NCBI RefSeq assembly: GCF_001949145.1 | Contig: NW_019091356.1 | Location: 248,001 to 312,000, forward strand | Origin: Acanthaster planci | Lineage: Eukaryota | Length of the DNA: 64,000 bases | Direction of reading: 5' to 3' | In this document: positions 28,001 through 39,348 of the stretch, one piece after another | Layout: every line of letters starts with the position of its first letter | Position numbering within the stretch: position 1 is the first letter of the stretch | Notes under the pieces: model-generated | Told to the model about the DNA's origin: nothing | Database searches by the model: none | Seen by the model: the letters and a program-made list of their open reading frames with translations, nothing else | Program-made: the position numbers and the translations under genes

Positions 28001-30820
28001 ATATGAAATAATATACATGGTGGAAATTAAGTGGTCCTTGCTCTGCTAAAAAACAAAACAAAAACAATAAAATACAACATTAAACTACAATGAGTAGTTA
28101 CATGTAGTAACTTCTACTTCCCATACTCACTGTAGGTCTGCAAAAATTTGTAAAATACGGGGCCGACTTTTGCAATCTTCATTACTCATAGGCCCCTATA
28201 CATGTATTAATTTTTTTTATCGATGTGATAAAGTGCACGTGTAAACAGCTATTATCGAAGATTCTGCGCAATAATATGATCTAATAAGAGCTGAAATAAC
28301 TCACTAGAATTCAGTCACTTTATAGCTATGGAGGAAATCATAAACGGCAGTTTGACTCCAGTCATTACACACGCCTTAATGCTTTGAAAATCTCCTCCAC
28401 CCCTCCCCTCTCCCATCCACAAGGAATACTTCTATGTTACGAATCAGCTTACACAACGTGGAATATGTACACTAGTAATTAAAATGAACTTTTTGACTAG
28501 AGTCGAATAATGACTGTTAAAATCATAGCAAGGGAGAGTCTGAACAGTTACGAAAAGAAGAAATCACTCGTTCACAAGATGTTAACGTCATACCTACCTA
28601 TCATCAAGTCCTACCAGAGCTAGGACCTAATATTTTAATAGCAATTCCGGACAAGATTAATGCAGGTTGATCTACAAATTGGGTTTTAATCTCAACTAGT
28701 CTCCTTCACGCCCTAGATTACAAGCTCCCTTTTTGGAGGAACTAAAACACTGCCGTATTAACTTACTAATTACAATGTATGTCAGCAAGTTACTAGTTGA
28801 TTGACAACTGACGTTTTAGGCCTAAAGACTTTTATAAAACACTTTGAAATTAGCAACAGCATTGTTTTTCTCAAACCATCAGGATAAAGTGTCGTTCCAA
28901 ATTTGCAAAATGGTTAATGCATTTGCAATTAATTACGCTCCTCTACGGTGAGGAAAATGTGTGCTAGCATCAGACAACATAGAGGTAGAATATAGTATGA
29001 TAAATAGAAATACAATGCCTTAACCTTTGAAACAACAAAATCATTTACACCAAGGTATAGCGATAAAATCTTTTAAAAGTTCCCATTGAAGCCGGACATT
29101 TTGTTATCCAACTCAGGATCAAAGGATTCTCTGATGCAAGACCCACATGTGGAAGTCAACAGTGTTTATTTCTGGCGTTTGTGAAGGTTCCTTCCTCCAT
29201 TTTCTGCCTACGCATCCACAAAACAGGTGGGATACAGAACTTAAAAAACAACAAATATACCTGTGTTTGGAACAAGTCTAAATAGTTTCTGCGGTAAGAT
29301 AACAGAGCGATCGGAAGAACGTGAGTACATACATGTACATGTACCTCAACCATGTTGTTCGCAGTGCGAGAGCAAAGCCCCGTAAGTGACTGAAGTAGGT
29401 ATTGTACATGCAGACGCACATTGATAGCATATTTGTGTTACGTAATCGCGTAATAACAGTCATACCCTCATCACTGAAACTGTTTTTCCTAAACTGGGTT
29501 AGCGTGGAGAAATAAAACAGGACACAAAGTGTTGCCGTATGTGAGCTGTTGATTCCGTTGTGGTACTTCAATCTTCGGTCGTTTGAAGGAATTTCCCCGA
29601 CGCTCAGATACAGTACATAAGTACAAGGCTGGAGGAAAGAGTTCCTTCCTCCATGGTACAAGTTCTGCTTGATATCAAAACCAAAGCAAAAGTTTAACTA
29701 AGTAGAGTATAGGTCAAGGTAACGTGGAGAGATACAGGCTGCTTACTGCATTAAAAAATGCTAAAACGGCTTTTGTGATAAACGTTGTCGCTTTAGTGAC
29801 TAAATACGGTGCGGAATTCCCTCTTGTATCGCAGTCTAAATGAACTCCTTCAGAATGCAACAATCCTAAAGTCTTGAGTTAAGTCTGACGTCAAACTTCG
29901 ACTACCATCGAGACGTTCAGAGTGAAATATAATTTATCCCCTTACTAGACACTGAGAATGGACCATCTACAGTTGCCACACAGCTGACTAATTTTCTCTG
30001 ACCTTGACCAAAAAACTTTGATTATTCAACTTTATACATGTACACGTTTTCTCTGTATTTTTGTCAATCATGTCAATGGAATGAAAATGTTTGATATTTT
30101 CTGTTTTCCTTTACTAATCTACAATGAGATTACATGCAGACATACTCGTTCTGCATATTTTGCCCAAATTAAAAGGAGCCCACTGAAATGAGGACAATAT
30201 TTTACGGTTGTAAAAATTAAGAATCTTGTTAACGGACAGGACATAGCCTACTATCGAACTTGACTTCCTCAATCTAACTTTTCGGTCAGTGTCTTCAGAG
30301 TTTGGGAAAATACTCCCAGTTCCATCCTTTATACGTCACATCCAAAACAAACGGAATGGGTACACTGTCTTCCAATTTCTGCTTTCGTCGCACCCCTGGC
30401 TTTATAGGTTTGCTGTTCGTTTTACAAAATACAGCAAGGTTTTTTAAAAACTCGTAGAATGCGGGGGAATTAAATTACTGCAGACGTCTGAATTGATAAC
30501 CGGTAAAATAATTACCCATAAGCATATTCTCAGCGTATACATGTACATGCGCAAGCAATTTGGCATATTTGGGGGTCAATGAAGGGCAAAGTTTACACCT
30601 TCAAAATTAGATTAGCATAGTATATTTGAACCTTTTTCAGCATGTTCAAGGAAACAAACATTAATCCACTACTCCTGTTCACTTTTGTCACTTTTTTAAT
30701 TACTCCAATAACAAGTAAAGTTGACGATCTGACGATGCTGAGTCCTAATTTTAAAACAACAAACAATGTCATAAATGTGTTGGCGGATATGATACGAGTT
30801 TAAACACATGAGCTACTCAC

Positions 30821-30936
30821 GTGTAAGAGCAAACGTTCCTTCCTTCAGGATTCGGGTCACTGCAAACAGATGACACCAAGACCACCAAGAAAGTCAAAGT
30901 AACACCATACAATGTTGACAAAATCATATCTGCCAT
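30821..30936 (-). CDS. Gene A exon 1: signal peptide and start of the EMI-like cap
   Basis: ATG at 30936; MADMILSTLYGVTLTFLVVLVSSVCS-DPNPEGRNVCSY; hydrophobic core, then the family-typical GxNVC motif; donor AC|gtgagt, phase 2. Confidence 0.85.
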
Positions 30937-30939
30937 CAG

Positions 30940-31450
30940 GGAGCACCACTGAATGGGTCTGCCGTGTCCTCGACAATATTCCCCGTACAGTGAAGTTACC
31001 TCGTCCCGCTAAGCGTCTCCCCTACGCTGACGTGATACACTCCGCTTTGCATGTGGCCGAATGAGCAATGTGCAGAACAGTGTATGCAACAGTTCGTAAC
31101 GCTGAGCGAGTGATCCAGCTGAACACATGGGCATGCTGAATTAACAGTCAGCAGTGATTCGCTACATCCTTCCGTAGAGGGCTTGTGTGGGCTACCCGTG
31201 GGGCAGTTCACTCAATCACTGGGCCTTGCCCGTAGGGATTATGAGGCACGAAGGGGGAGGAGGCATAGCAAATCATCCCCTCGAGAATCGGCGAGCTATT
31301 GGGCTAAAACTGTGATTTTACTCAGGATACAAAATCTGACTCCAGCAAACGAGCGGCTCGCTCTTTACGCGTGCGCAGAGACGGAACACGAAAAGAACGC
31401 ATGTTTTAATCAGGCAAGTTTTGTTGAGACTGATATCAGGACGTTGTACA
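30940..31450 (-). promoter_or_regulatory. Probable 5' UTR and promoter of gene A
   Basis: Locally GC- and CpG-enriched segment directly upstream of the start codon; includes CRE-like tgacgtg and NRF1-like gcgtgcgc. Confidence 0.4.
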
Positions 31451-32807
31451 GAGCTGAAGTGTGCCACTGTGAGAAAGTATTGCTTGTATACTCATGGACC
31501 CAATATTTCAGTCTATTTATTTTCTCAAGCCAAGTGACCCGTCGCAACTAATTTATTATCAGTGTCTAGGCGCTCATAAACATTGTATAAGAGTCATCCT
31601 TTTGGCATGCATCTGAGACATTACAATGAAAATGAAGGGCCAACATAGCTCCGGCAGTAAAGTGCGATGCACCATAGCGACCGGTGTTCTCGTGTTTTGT
31701 TTTTGTTAAAGAGTTTAATAATGATCCCGGACGGCTGTTATCCAGCGGCAACTACTTCGCACAACAAGGAACCAAAAAGAAAAGTTTGTTAAAAGACAGG
31801 TTGTACCCGGATGGGGTGGACCTTCACAAACAAGTTTAATCTCACGCTGTCAAGTACAGTCGTGTGATATTTTCTGTTATGCATAGAGTCTGCCCATTGC
31901 CGTATGTTTACCTAATTTAGTGGTCCTCGAGCTTTTACAAAGTCGTTGGTTGCACACTGACTGACCTTAAATGCCATTGTCCATTGTTGGCTTTTTCGCA
32001 ACTTTGCGAAAACGTTTTCTTTTTTCTTGTGATTTGTGTTCTTCAATCTCTTAAGTTCTATTAAGCCAAAAGCCCATGCACTTCGTATACAGTTTATCCA
32101 CGCGGCACTGTGGTCATTTTACGGTCAAGTGAGTCGATGTAGAATGTCCAATAGTTCTGAGTCAAAAATCACGTATGACTTTGACCTTTATGGAGGAGAA
32201 AGAAGAAATAGCCCGAAATGGTCTGTTGCAAACAGATGAGTTCTCGTTCTTTTTCTTTGATTGTGGTTTTCGTGTATCCACAAGCACATGAAGGCAACAG
32301 AGAAACTGGAGTGAAGTTACTTGATTTCGCCATTTCCTTATTTTTTTGATGAGGAGAATTTTCTGTTAGCTTGTGAATTGATCAACGGTTGGATAATTGC
32401 AATGCGGCTCTAAAAGTGCGAGACTTGGGTAGGCCTACTCTTGAGACACTTTTTTAAAAACTACACAACGGAGAGTTTTTAGTTGAGATATACAGGTGAC
32501 ATTATCATATGAAAACTACCACTCGAATCAGTTTTTATCAGTTGCATTTAATTCGAGAGGACTGAGGAAATCATCGGAGGAAATTAATGTTGCAATTACT
32601 CATCCAGATTGAATGTGTCTGCGGGAAATTATCAGCGAAATCGCGGACAAGCAGTTAATTTGTGGATGTGGTTATCTGCCTGGGACACAAGTTACTAGGA
32701 TGTCAGACATAAAAGAGGTTGACGAACAGGTGCCGTTATGCTTCAATCCTTCATACACCAGCCAGTTAAGTCAAGGGACTTTATTTGATCATTTGCAAGC
32801 CCTATAA

Positions 32808-32960
32808 GCGTGGGCGTCGCGAGAGGGGGCAAGGGGGTCGTTTCCCCCCTCCCCCGAAATGAACATTTCGGAGATTAAAATTGCCAATTTGCCGGAAAAA
32901 TCGACAAAAACTGACCCCTCCCATTGTTAATTTGTAGCTGATGAAAAAAGGGGCTTGCCG
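32808..32960. mobile_element. Degenerate MITE-like end (GC-rich, G/C runs)
   Basis: gggcgtcgcgagagggggcaagggggtcgtttcccccct; similar G/C-run ends at about 54800-54835 and 61695-61717; no matching second TIR found. Confidence 0.25.
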
Positions 32961-33113
32961 GAGAAATCCTAGCAAAAGTCCTGGTCTTTGTGACTGGGAT
33001 AATGTATAACTTTTAATGCTTTTTATAATTGATTACAACTATATGTAACCGTTTGTAGAATTTTTATGTAATTCACTAACATCAACTTCCATTTTTTGTA
33101 ATTTTTATCCCAT

Positions 33114-33181
33114 TGTAAGGAGCTCAGAGATTGGTTTATAATGTAAGGCGCTTTTTAAGAAGGCATCATTATTATTATTAT
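33114..33181 (+). mobile_element. Degenerate LINE (L2-like) or SINE 3' tail
   Basis: tgtaaggagctcagag...aaggcgcttttt...(ATT)n resembles the L2-type 3' end pattern; recognised by pattern only. Confidence 0.35.
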
Positions 33182-36100
33182 AAGAGCATTGCCATTGTGA
33201 GGTGCTGAAATATTCTTTTGTACCAGATTTCTCTGCTTATTCTTTGATTTCCCATCTTGACTGGACAATGATTTTAAGCGGCCGTTTTTGACTAGTATTT
33301 TATTTTCCTTTGTCAAAGGTCAATGTTGGGATTAGCTTTGAGAGCTTAGAAGAAAGCCCACCTAAACATGTGTCCAGGAAGGTCGGATGTTTTAGCGGAA
33401 GTCATCCGCTAAAGGATATTTATGTCTCCCCATCGCGAGGGAAACACCCGATCACTCTGCTTTCCTTTTCAATGTCACTTGTATTTAACGTTAGAACTCT
33501 CAACTTGAAAATTCATACAACTGCAGTGAAGGTGACATTGAACCAAATGCTTTAGTCGTTAAAGGGAAACATCATCATGACTTTTAATCGCTAACCTGGA
33601 AGCAAAGTTATGTATTCATTCACTTCTTGTTCTCTTTTCCTGCTATTCTCTTCGTACATTGGAGTCTTTAAGTGAAGTAATCGCTACATTACCTTCAAAG
33701 TATCATCGCAAGACAGATCAGACGATGATACACGTTGGTTGAAACGGTGATATGGACAAACTAGAAAATCTGAAAACCTTTCGTTCAGTAGGCCTACTGG
33801 ACTGTGTGCTTCTCATGCATGTTACTCAACTCTCGCTTGAGGACAGAGCTTCATACTTGTGACTTATATACTTGTGAGCAAGTATATAATCAAGTCTGTT
33901 TGGGTTTCCTATTTTATTATTGCATTTGTTAGGAAGGAGATGAGCTTTAACATTACCAGACTGTTGTCTAATCAAGTTGGTATGATTCCACCTTAAGTGA
34001 ACTGGAAATGATGAGTGTCATTATTCATGATACACTCGTTCTTGAAGAGGTTTTATCATCACGGAAATACTCGATTGGCGACACATAATTTGTCTTGATT
34101 TCCTGTCATTGTGTGTTCTTCACCAATCGCATTACAAGGCTCGTCACTAGATCATTTTCCAATAGTTGATGATCTACAAGCCTTTGTTTTAAATGTGCTG
34201 CTGGCCTGTTTTCAATATTTGGGACTTAAACAGAGATACACAAAAATAAAACTTGTTACGCATCGTTAGGGCTTATTTCCTCCTTCGTTGATTGATATTA
34301 GTCAAGAATATTCATAGATACTTTGAGGAACAGTTATTTTCAAGTTGACCTCTGTACACAATTCATGCATGCATTCCACTCAAAAAATATCAACAATAAA
34401 TCTTTCGTTACTGTAGTTCTCTCGTTCCTCCACTATAGCTCTCTAGGCAATGACGCAAGGAATTCAAACATTTCATGGAGCTATGAAAGCAAAACGGCCA
34501 GAGACAGGACGATTCGACCTTAAAATTCCAAAAAAATACTGTCCAAGGATAAATGTTTGCCGAGAGCAGACACCTAATAAAGGTGAGGTGAAACATATGC
34601 CCAATTTGTCAACTAATTTGTGAATTGTTGTAGCTCGGACCTTGCCTGATGTCTATGGGGGATCCGTCGCGTCTTCCGCGGGTGTATATAACCATGTGGC
34701 TCGTCACGCTCCTGCAAAGCAGACTCTGAGTTCAAAGAACAATGCAGGCCAGGCACACACGGGAAGATGATGAAGGGGTTGTAACAGTCCAAAGGGGGCA
34801 ATAAAATTGTTCCGATTCCGTCTGACCTCACCAACTACTTCGTGTATTCCAGACATGTCTATACATCCATGATATCTGAGAATCGCCTTAATTTAAAACC
34901 ATTACTGCACATTGTAACAACACCAATTACAACGACACGAACAATAACTGGTTATCGGTGTACGTAACTTTTCAACTACATGTATATCGTCTCTTCAATA
35001 CAGTTGAAATTCAACATAAATTTTGTTAATTTGTTCAGGGATAATTAGCCAGCGATAACAGTATACTGGAATGATAATGGTGATTATGCTGAAGGTGGCG
35101 ATGACATGGTGGTGATGAGGAAAAGATGATTACGATGATGGTTTTAAATGTTACCATAAAACCTAAGCTGGCATTTCAATCCTTTAGGGTGTTGGAAAAA
35201 AATGTCAAACTATCGACTAATAACTAACCTTGATAAAGGGCTTATGATGGAATCAAAGTAAGGAAACAGTCCTAATAGATGACATTAATTGTCCCACACA
35301 GGCTACCTGCCATGCTGGGGTATTAAACAAGTTCAGGTTTGAGATATGTGGCAACAACCACATACACGCCTCAATTCCTATCCAAAACTTAAACTTGCAT
35401 AGAGCTTCCACCAATAACCATCAACATTATCAAGGTTAATGACAACTTTTGGAAATAAACACTGAGGGCGCCCCATCCTTTACTCGCATGACTTAGCAGA
35501 GGTTCCGGAAGGATCGCGTTTATGAGTTGTATCCACGCGTCGCAGTAAGCGACGATGATGATGAAATCATTAGGAAGACTATGAGCTTGGAGTATACTGC
35601 AAAATTTTGAGCAGAGCCTTTCGGATCATACACCGATAAAATGAGACATGTCGTTTCAGAGGGATGAACCACTATCCCCGTTTTGTCTATGACTCGAATA
35701 ATAACGAGTTCTTGTTTTATAAACGGTTTCATCGAAGCCCACAGAATTACAAATTGAGTGAACTTGTGCAGACAGCGGCTCGAAAAAGACAGATGTCACC
35801 TCAATGCAAAGAAGCATAAAAAAGAACAATGAGTGAAATGCGATTGACAATGAAAGCCATTATTTCAAATATTACCTCCCAAAACTACATGTACATGTAG
35901 TTGGGGATATGATTTTCAAATGTATTTGACAAAAAATTATGAATTAATCTAAAGTCAGTTTTGGTCTTGAACTTTGGAAGCACCAACACTTGCCCGAGCG
36001 GTATTATATGGACTCCGGACTGGGAAATAAGAAAATCCAACAAGGTTGACCTGTGTCATGGAGTGGTCAGTGCTCTATGTTTGAATTGACGAGACATCTT

Positions 36101-38263
36101 TAATCCAAACGTATATCTCCAAAGAGCACTCTCCAACCAGGATTTCCTTTTGATTTACCGTGGAATCTCTACGATAGTTACTGAGTACAGCCCGCTGTGA
36201 CTAAGCGAGAACGTACCGTCACAAAAATAATGCCGTGAGTGCGCCCCATCATATCCCATCGAGGTGTTATTCCATCACCTTGGGCACCACCTGCAAATTC
36301 AAGGTCCGTCCTATACGTGAATTCATGAAATCGACGCAGTGAACGTTCAGACCTCGTAACAAAGAAACACGAGCTATGAGTTTCAGCTCATAATGCAGTT
36401 ACCTTTTGTGTCCCCTATTTGTCGAATACCGTACACTAAATAATGACATACAATATGAGAATATTCGGGCCCCCGATTTATACCTTTAAATTTTTTATAT
36501 TCAAATGACCATACAAACTCCAGTCCAAAGTGACACATAGGCAAAACATACATGTGACCCAGCACATCGAAATCAGGAGTAAGTCTCAAGCTGACTATTT
36601 AAGATATGTACATGTCCAATAGGGGCCATTCCCAAAAGACGTTTTCAACCCTACCACTACTCAATCTTCCAATTTTGATTTTACATACACTCTAGGGGTT
36701 AAGGTTTGTAAAAACTGGAGGGAGAATTTTGGGTCGATTTTATTTCCCTTCATTCAAAAAGCTTGCGAAAAGCCCCAAAATGTAGCTTTGCCTTTCACAA
36801 AGGCCCCACAAGGTTACATGAAAAATTTCAACATGTGTAGCTCTCCCAAGGCTTGGCCGAGAATTAACAGCGAGGCGCTTTATGTATAATGAAAGTCACC
36901 CAGGAATAAAAACTGACCAATTACTGAGGTGGAACCTAGCAGAGCCTATCGGTATATAAGTAACGTATCTTGGCCGCTTCAAGCTACAGCTAACAGATCA
37001 GCCACATTCTAACTGGTTTCTATCCTCTTCCATAATCCCACTAATTACCGTACGTTATATGGAGGATTAGAGCGGATGAATGGATTATGACGGTTCAAGA
37101 TCGGAGGGTGTCATCAGCTGATAATTACTAAACCATTGAGTTAGAAACTAAAAAAAATGAATAATCCCTAAAGACGGTCTTAAAAATTGTGTTTCTAAGA
37201 AAAGATTTCATGACAATATGGTTTTAGAGTTCAGATGATAACAATGGGGAAACCTGTGCATCTTGATTATTGCTGGGGGAACTGTTTCTTTACTTTTTAA
37301 CAAACAATATGAACAAATGAACCATTCCATACAACAGTCTGAAATTAAGCAAAGATAAACCTTTTTTTATTGCATAGTTTTTAATTAACATGGGTTTGGT
37401 TTAAAAATAAAGAAATATGATTGGACGGCGCAAAGGGGAATCTGGATAATGTGCTTGCAACACCTGACGGCAGAATTTATATGTACTCCTGTGTAAATTA
37501 AAGTTTCATTGATTTTTTTTCTTATAGGCCTATGTAAGCGTTTTCTCTAGAGAGTTTTAACATCCGTTGAACCATGGTCGAAGGGCTTTTTTGTGCAGAT
37601 TTAAGCAGAAGGCCCCTATTTTCCACACGCATGATATACTAGGAGGGTTTGTGGGTTTTTCCGTTTGACATTCCAGTTTCCTTGTGGGAGTTGCCGGTCC
37701 TTCCTTGTTTACACGTTTTCTATGAGCCATTTCACTATCTTTACTATCAATAACCAACAAATTACCCGATCGTTTGCCGCCATCCGACCCTAAAATACAC
37801 GTGAGCGGAATCGGCTTGACAGAAGGTTGCGCCATTTTGGGGCAAGGATTGATAGAAACCAACCCCACACATTTCGTTAGAATACGAGCTCAGATATAGA
37901 TGGAATATGACAGACTGGGTAAGTTGGTGCATGGCAACTGAAGGTAAGTCGGCAGCTGACATGACAGCCATTTCCCCTTTCTTTACCATATGACCCCCCG
38001 CCATCCACAGCACTTATAAACATGACCTGGGCACTGCTTTTCAAGCACTAAGAAGACAACGTCTGCAGGAATATGAATTATAGTATTAGGAAGGGAGGAA
38101 ACAGATAGCTTCAGGTGTCTCCCGTGCAGGATGAGCTAATGAGGTCAATGCCAGGCCATCAAGGAGACACAAGGGTACTGCCAAGGTTCCTTTTGAGTTC
38201 CAGATAAGGAATAAACATCGGTGCAAGTGCGATGCAAGCACGGGGAGATTACAAGTGGCTCAC

Positions 38264-38840
38264 TTAAAGGATCCAAGAAATGATTTTTTCTTAGAATCCC
38301 TTTTTGTGTATCTCTGTACTCTTCTTCCATGTATGAAGACTGTTTGACATCTTTTTTGAGTTACGTGAACTTAACGGTGCACTTTTTCAAACATTGGAAA
38401 ATTGACAAGCACTTCTGGACAAGTTTGCTTTGATGTGAATCCAGCCCAAGTTGTATGTTTTCATGTTCGAATTGCGAACCCCAAATTTGCTATCTGGGAA
38501 CATTTCTTTGATAAGGGTTTTTGCCGGATTATTGCCATATACTTACACAGCAATAAATTGCCAAAGAAAATGAAATCTGCCATAGTAGTGGTTAAAAATT
38601 CTAGAAATTTTCTGTGCACAAATCAGGGCAACATTGAGATTCTGCGCCTTGGATGACATCTAGCCTGGTTCTGCTCATGAATATGCAAATATGCATGAGC
38701 ATAAAAAAACAAATACATCAAAATATGGGTTAAAACTGCAAAACAAAGATTTAAAATAAGGTTAAATGAAACCCAAAGATGCAATTTCGAGGGGTTTTGG
38801 TAAAATGTATTTTAAAAATTCTATTTCCTGGTTCCTTTAA
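38264..38840. mobile_element. Non-autonomous TIR DNA transposon with TTAA target-site duplication (Kolobok-like ends)
   Basis: TTAA (38264-38267) then AGGATCCAAGAAAT ... ATTTCCTGGTTCCT then TTAA (38837-38840); TIR 12/14 identical; 569 bp, no transposase ORF; internal palindrome gctcatg..catgagc near 38673-38700. Confidence 0.65.
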
Positions 38841-39192
38841 ACTTCGCTAGGTCTGGCTTGTCTCTCATTGTTTACAACAGAAAATCAACACGTGCGAGTG
38901 AACTGATGGAAGGAGGGGCTAAGTCGCGTCCGAATTACTTGCCTACAGAAAATAGCCAAACCACATAGAAGTAGCGTGGCTTCAGTCTATCAAGAGAACA
39001 GCGAATAGCAGAATAAAAACAGAAGCGTGATGGACTGGATCCCATCCCATTCTATCCAAGACTCAATCGGCTGGGAGGGAGCTGGTCTAAAAAAATGCAA
39101 GTATCTCATTGGTACTTGCGTGTGCTTTCATCAAGTTAACAAATTGTAACAGACCAGGGATTTCCTAAACCGGAGCTGCATTCGAGTACAGG

Positions 39193-39348
39193 CGCTACCA
39201 GCAAAATGGACTCTCCCGACCAGTATGGCTCTTTTCAATCGATGAAGGGATTGGCGGATTGGCATTGGTTATCCGCCCTGAATAAGAGCGCCCCCTCATC
39301 GGCTAAAAAGAGCCATGTTGGTCGGGAGTGCCCATTTTGTTGGTAGCG
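39193..39348. repeat. Long imperfect inverted repeat (MITE-like hairpin)
   Basis: About 57-bp arms, cgctaccagcaaaatggactctcccgaccagtatggctctttt... versus its reverse complement, with 9 mismatches; inner ggcggat/atccgcc stem. Confidence 0.8.

Larger units (their letters stand above)
4626..30936 (-). other. Gene A span: multi-EGF type-I membrane receptor (MEGF6/10/11-SCARF-like), 8 coding exons, CDS 4806 nt, about 1601 aa
   Basis: Exons 30821-30936, 22691-22773, 12205-12508, 7898-11311, 6763-6872, 6209-6398, 5677-5762, 4626-5128 join via GT-AG introns with matching phases (2,1,2,2,1,2,1) into one open frame: signal peptide, CCxGW cap, about 29 laminin-type EGF repeats, TM, cytoplasmic tail. 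Confidence 0.88.

Noticed and set aside
28131..28137. 7-nt micro-exon-like pattern (tttttgcag ACCTACA gtgagt) in gene A intron 1
   Set aside because: It would frameshift the CDS, and there is no supporting evidence without RNA data.
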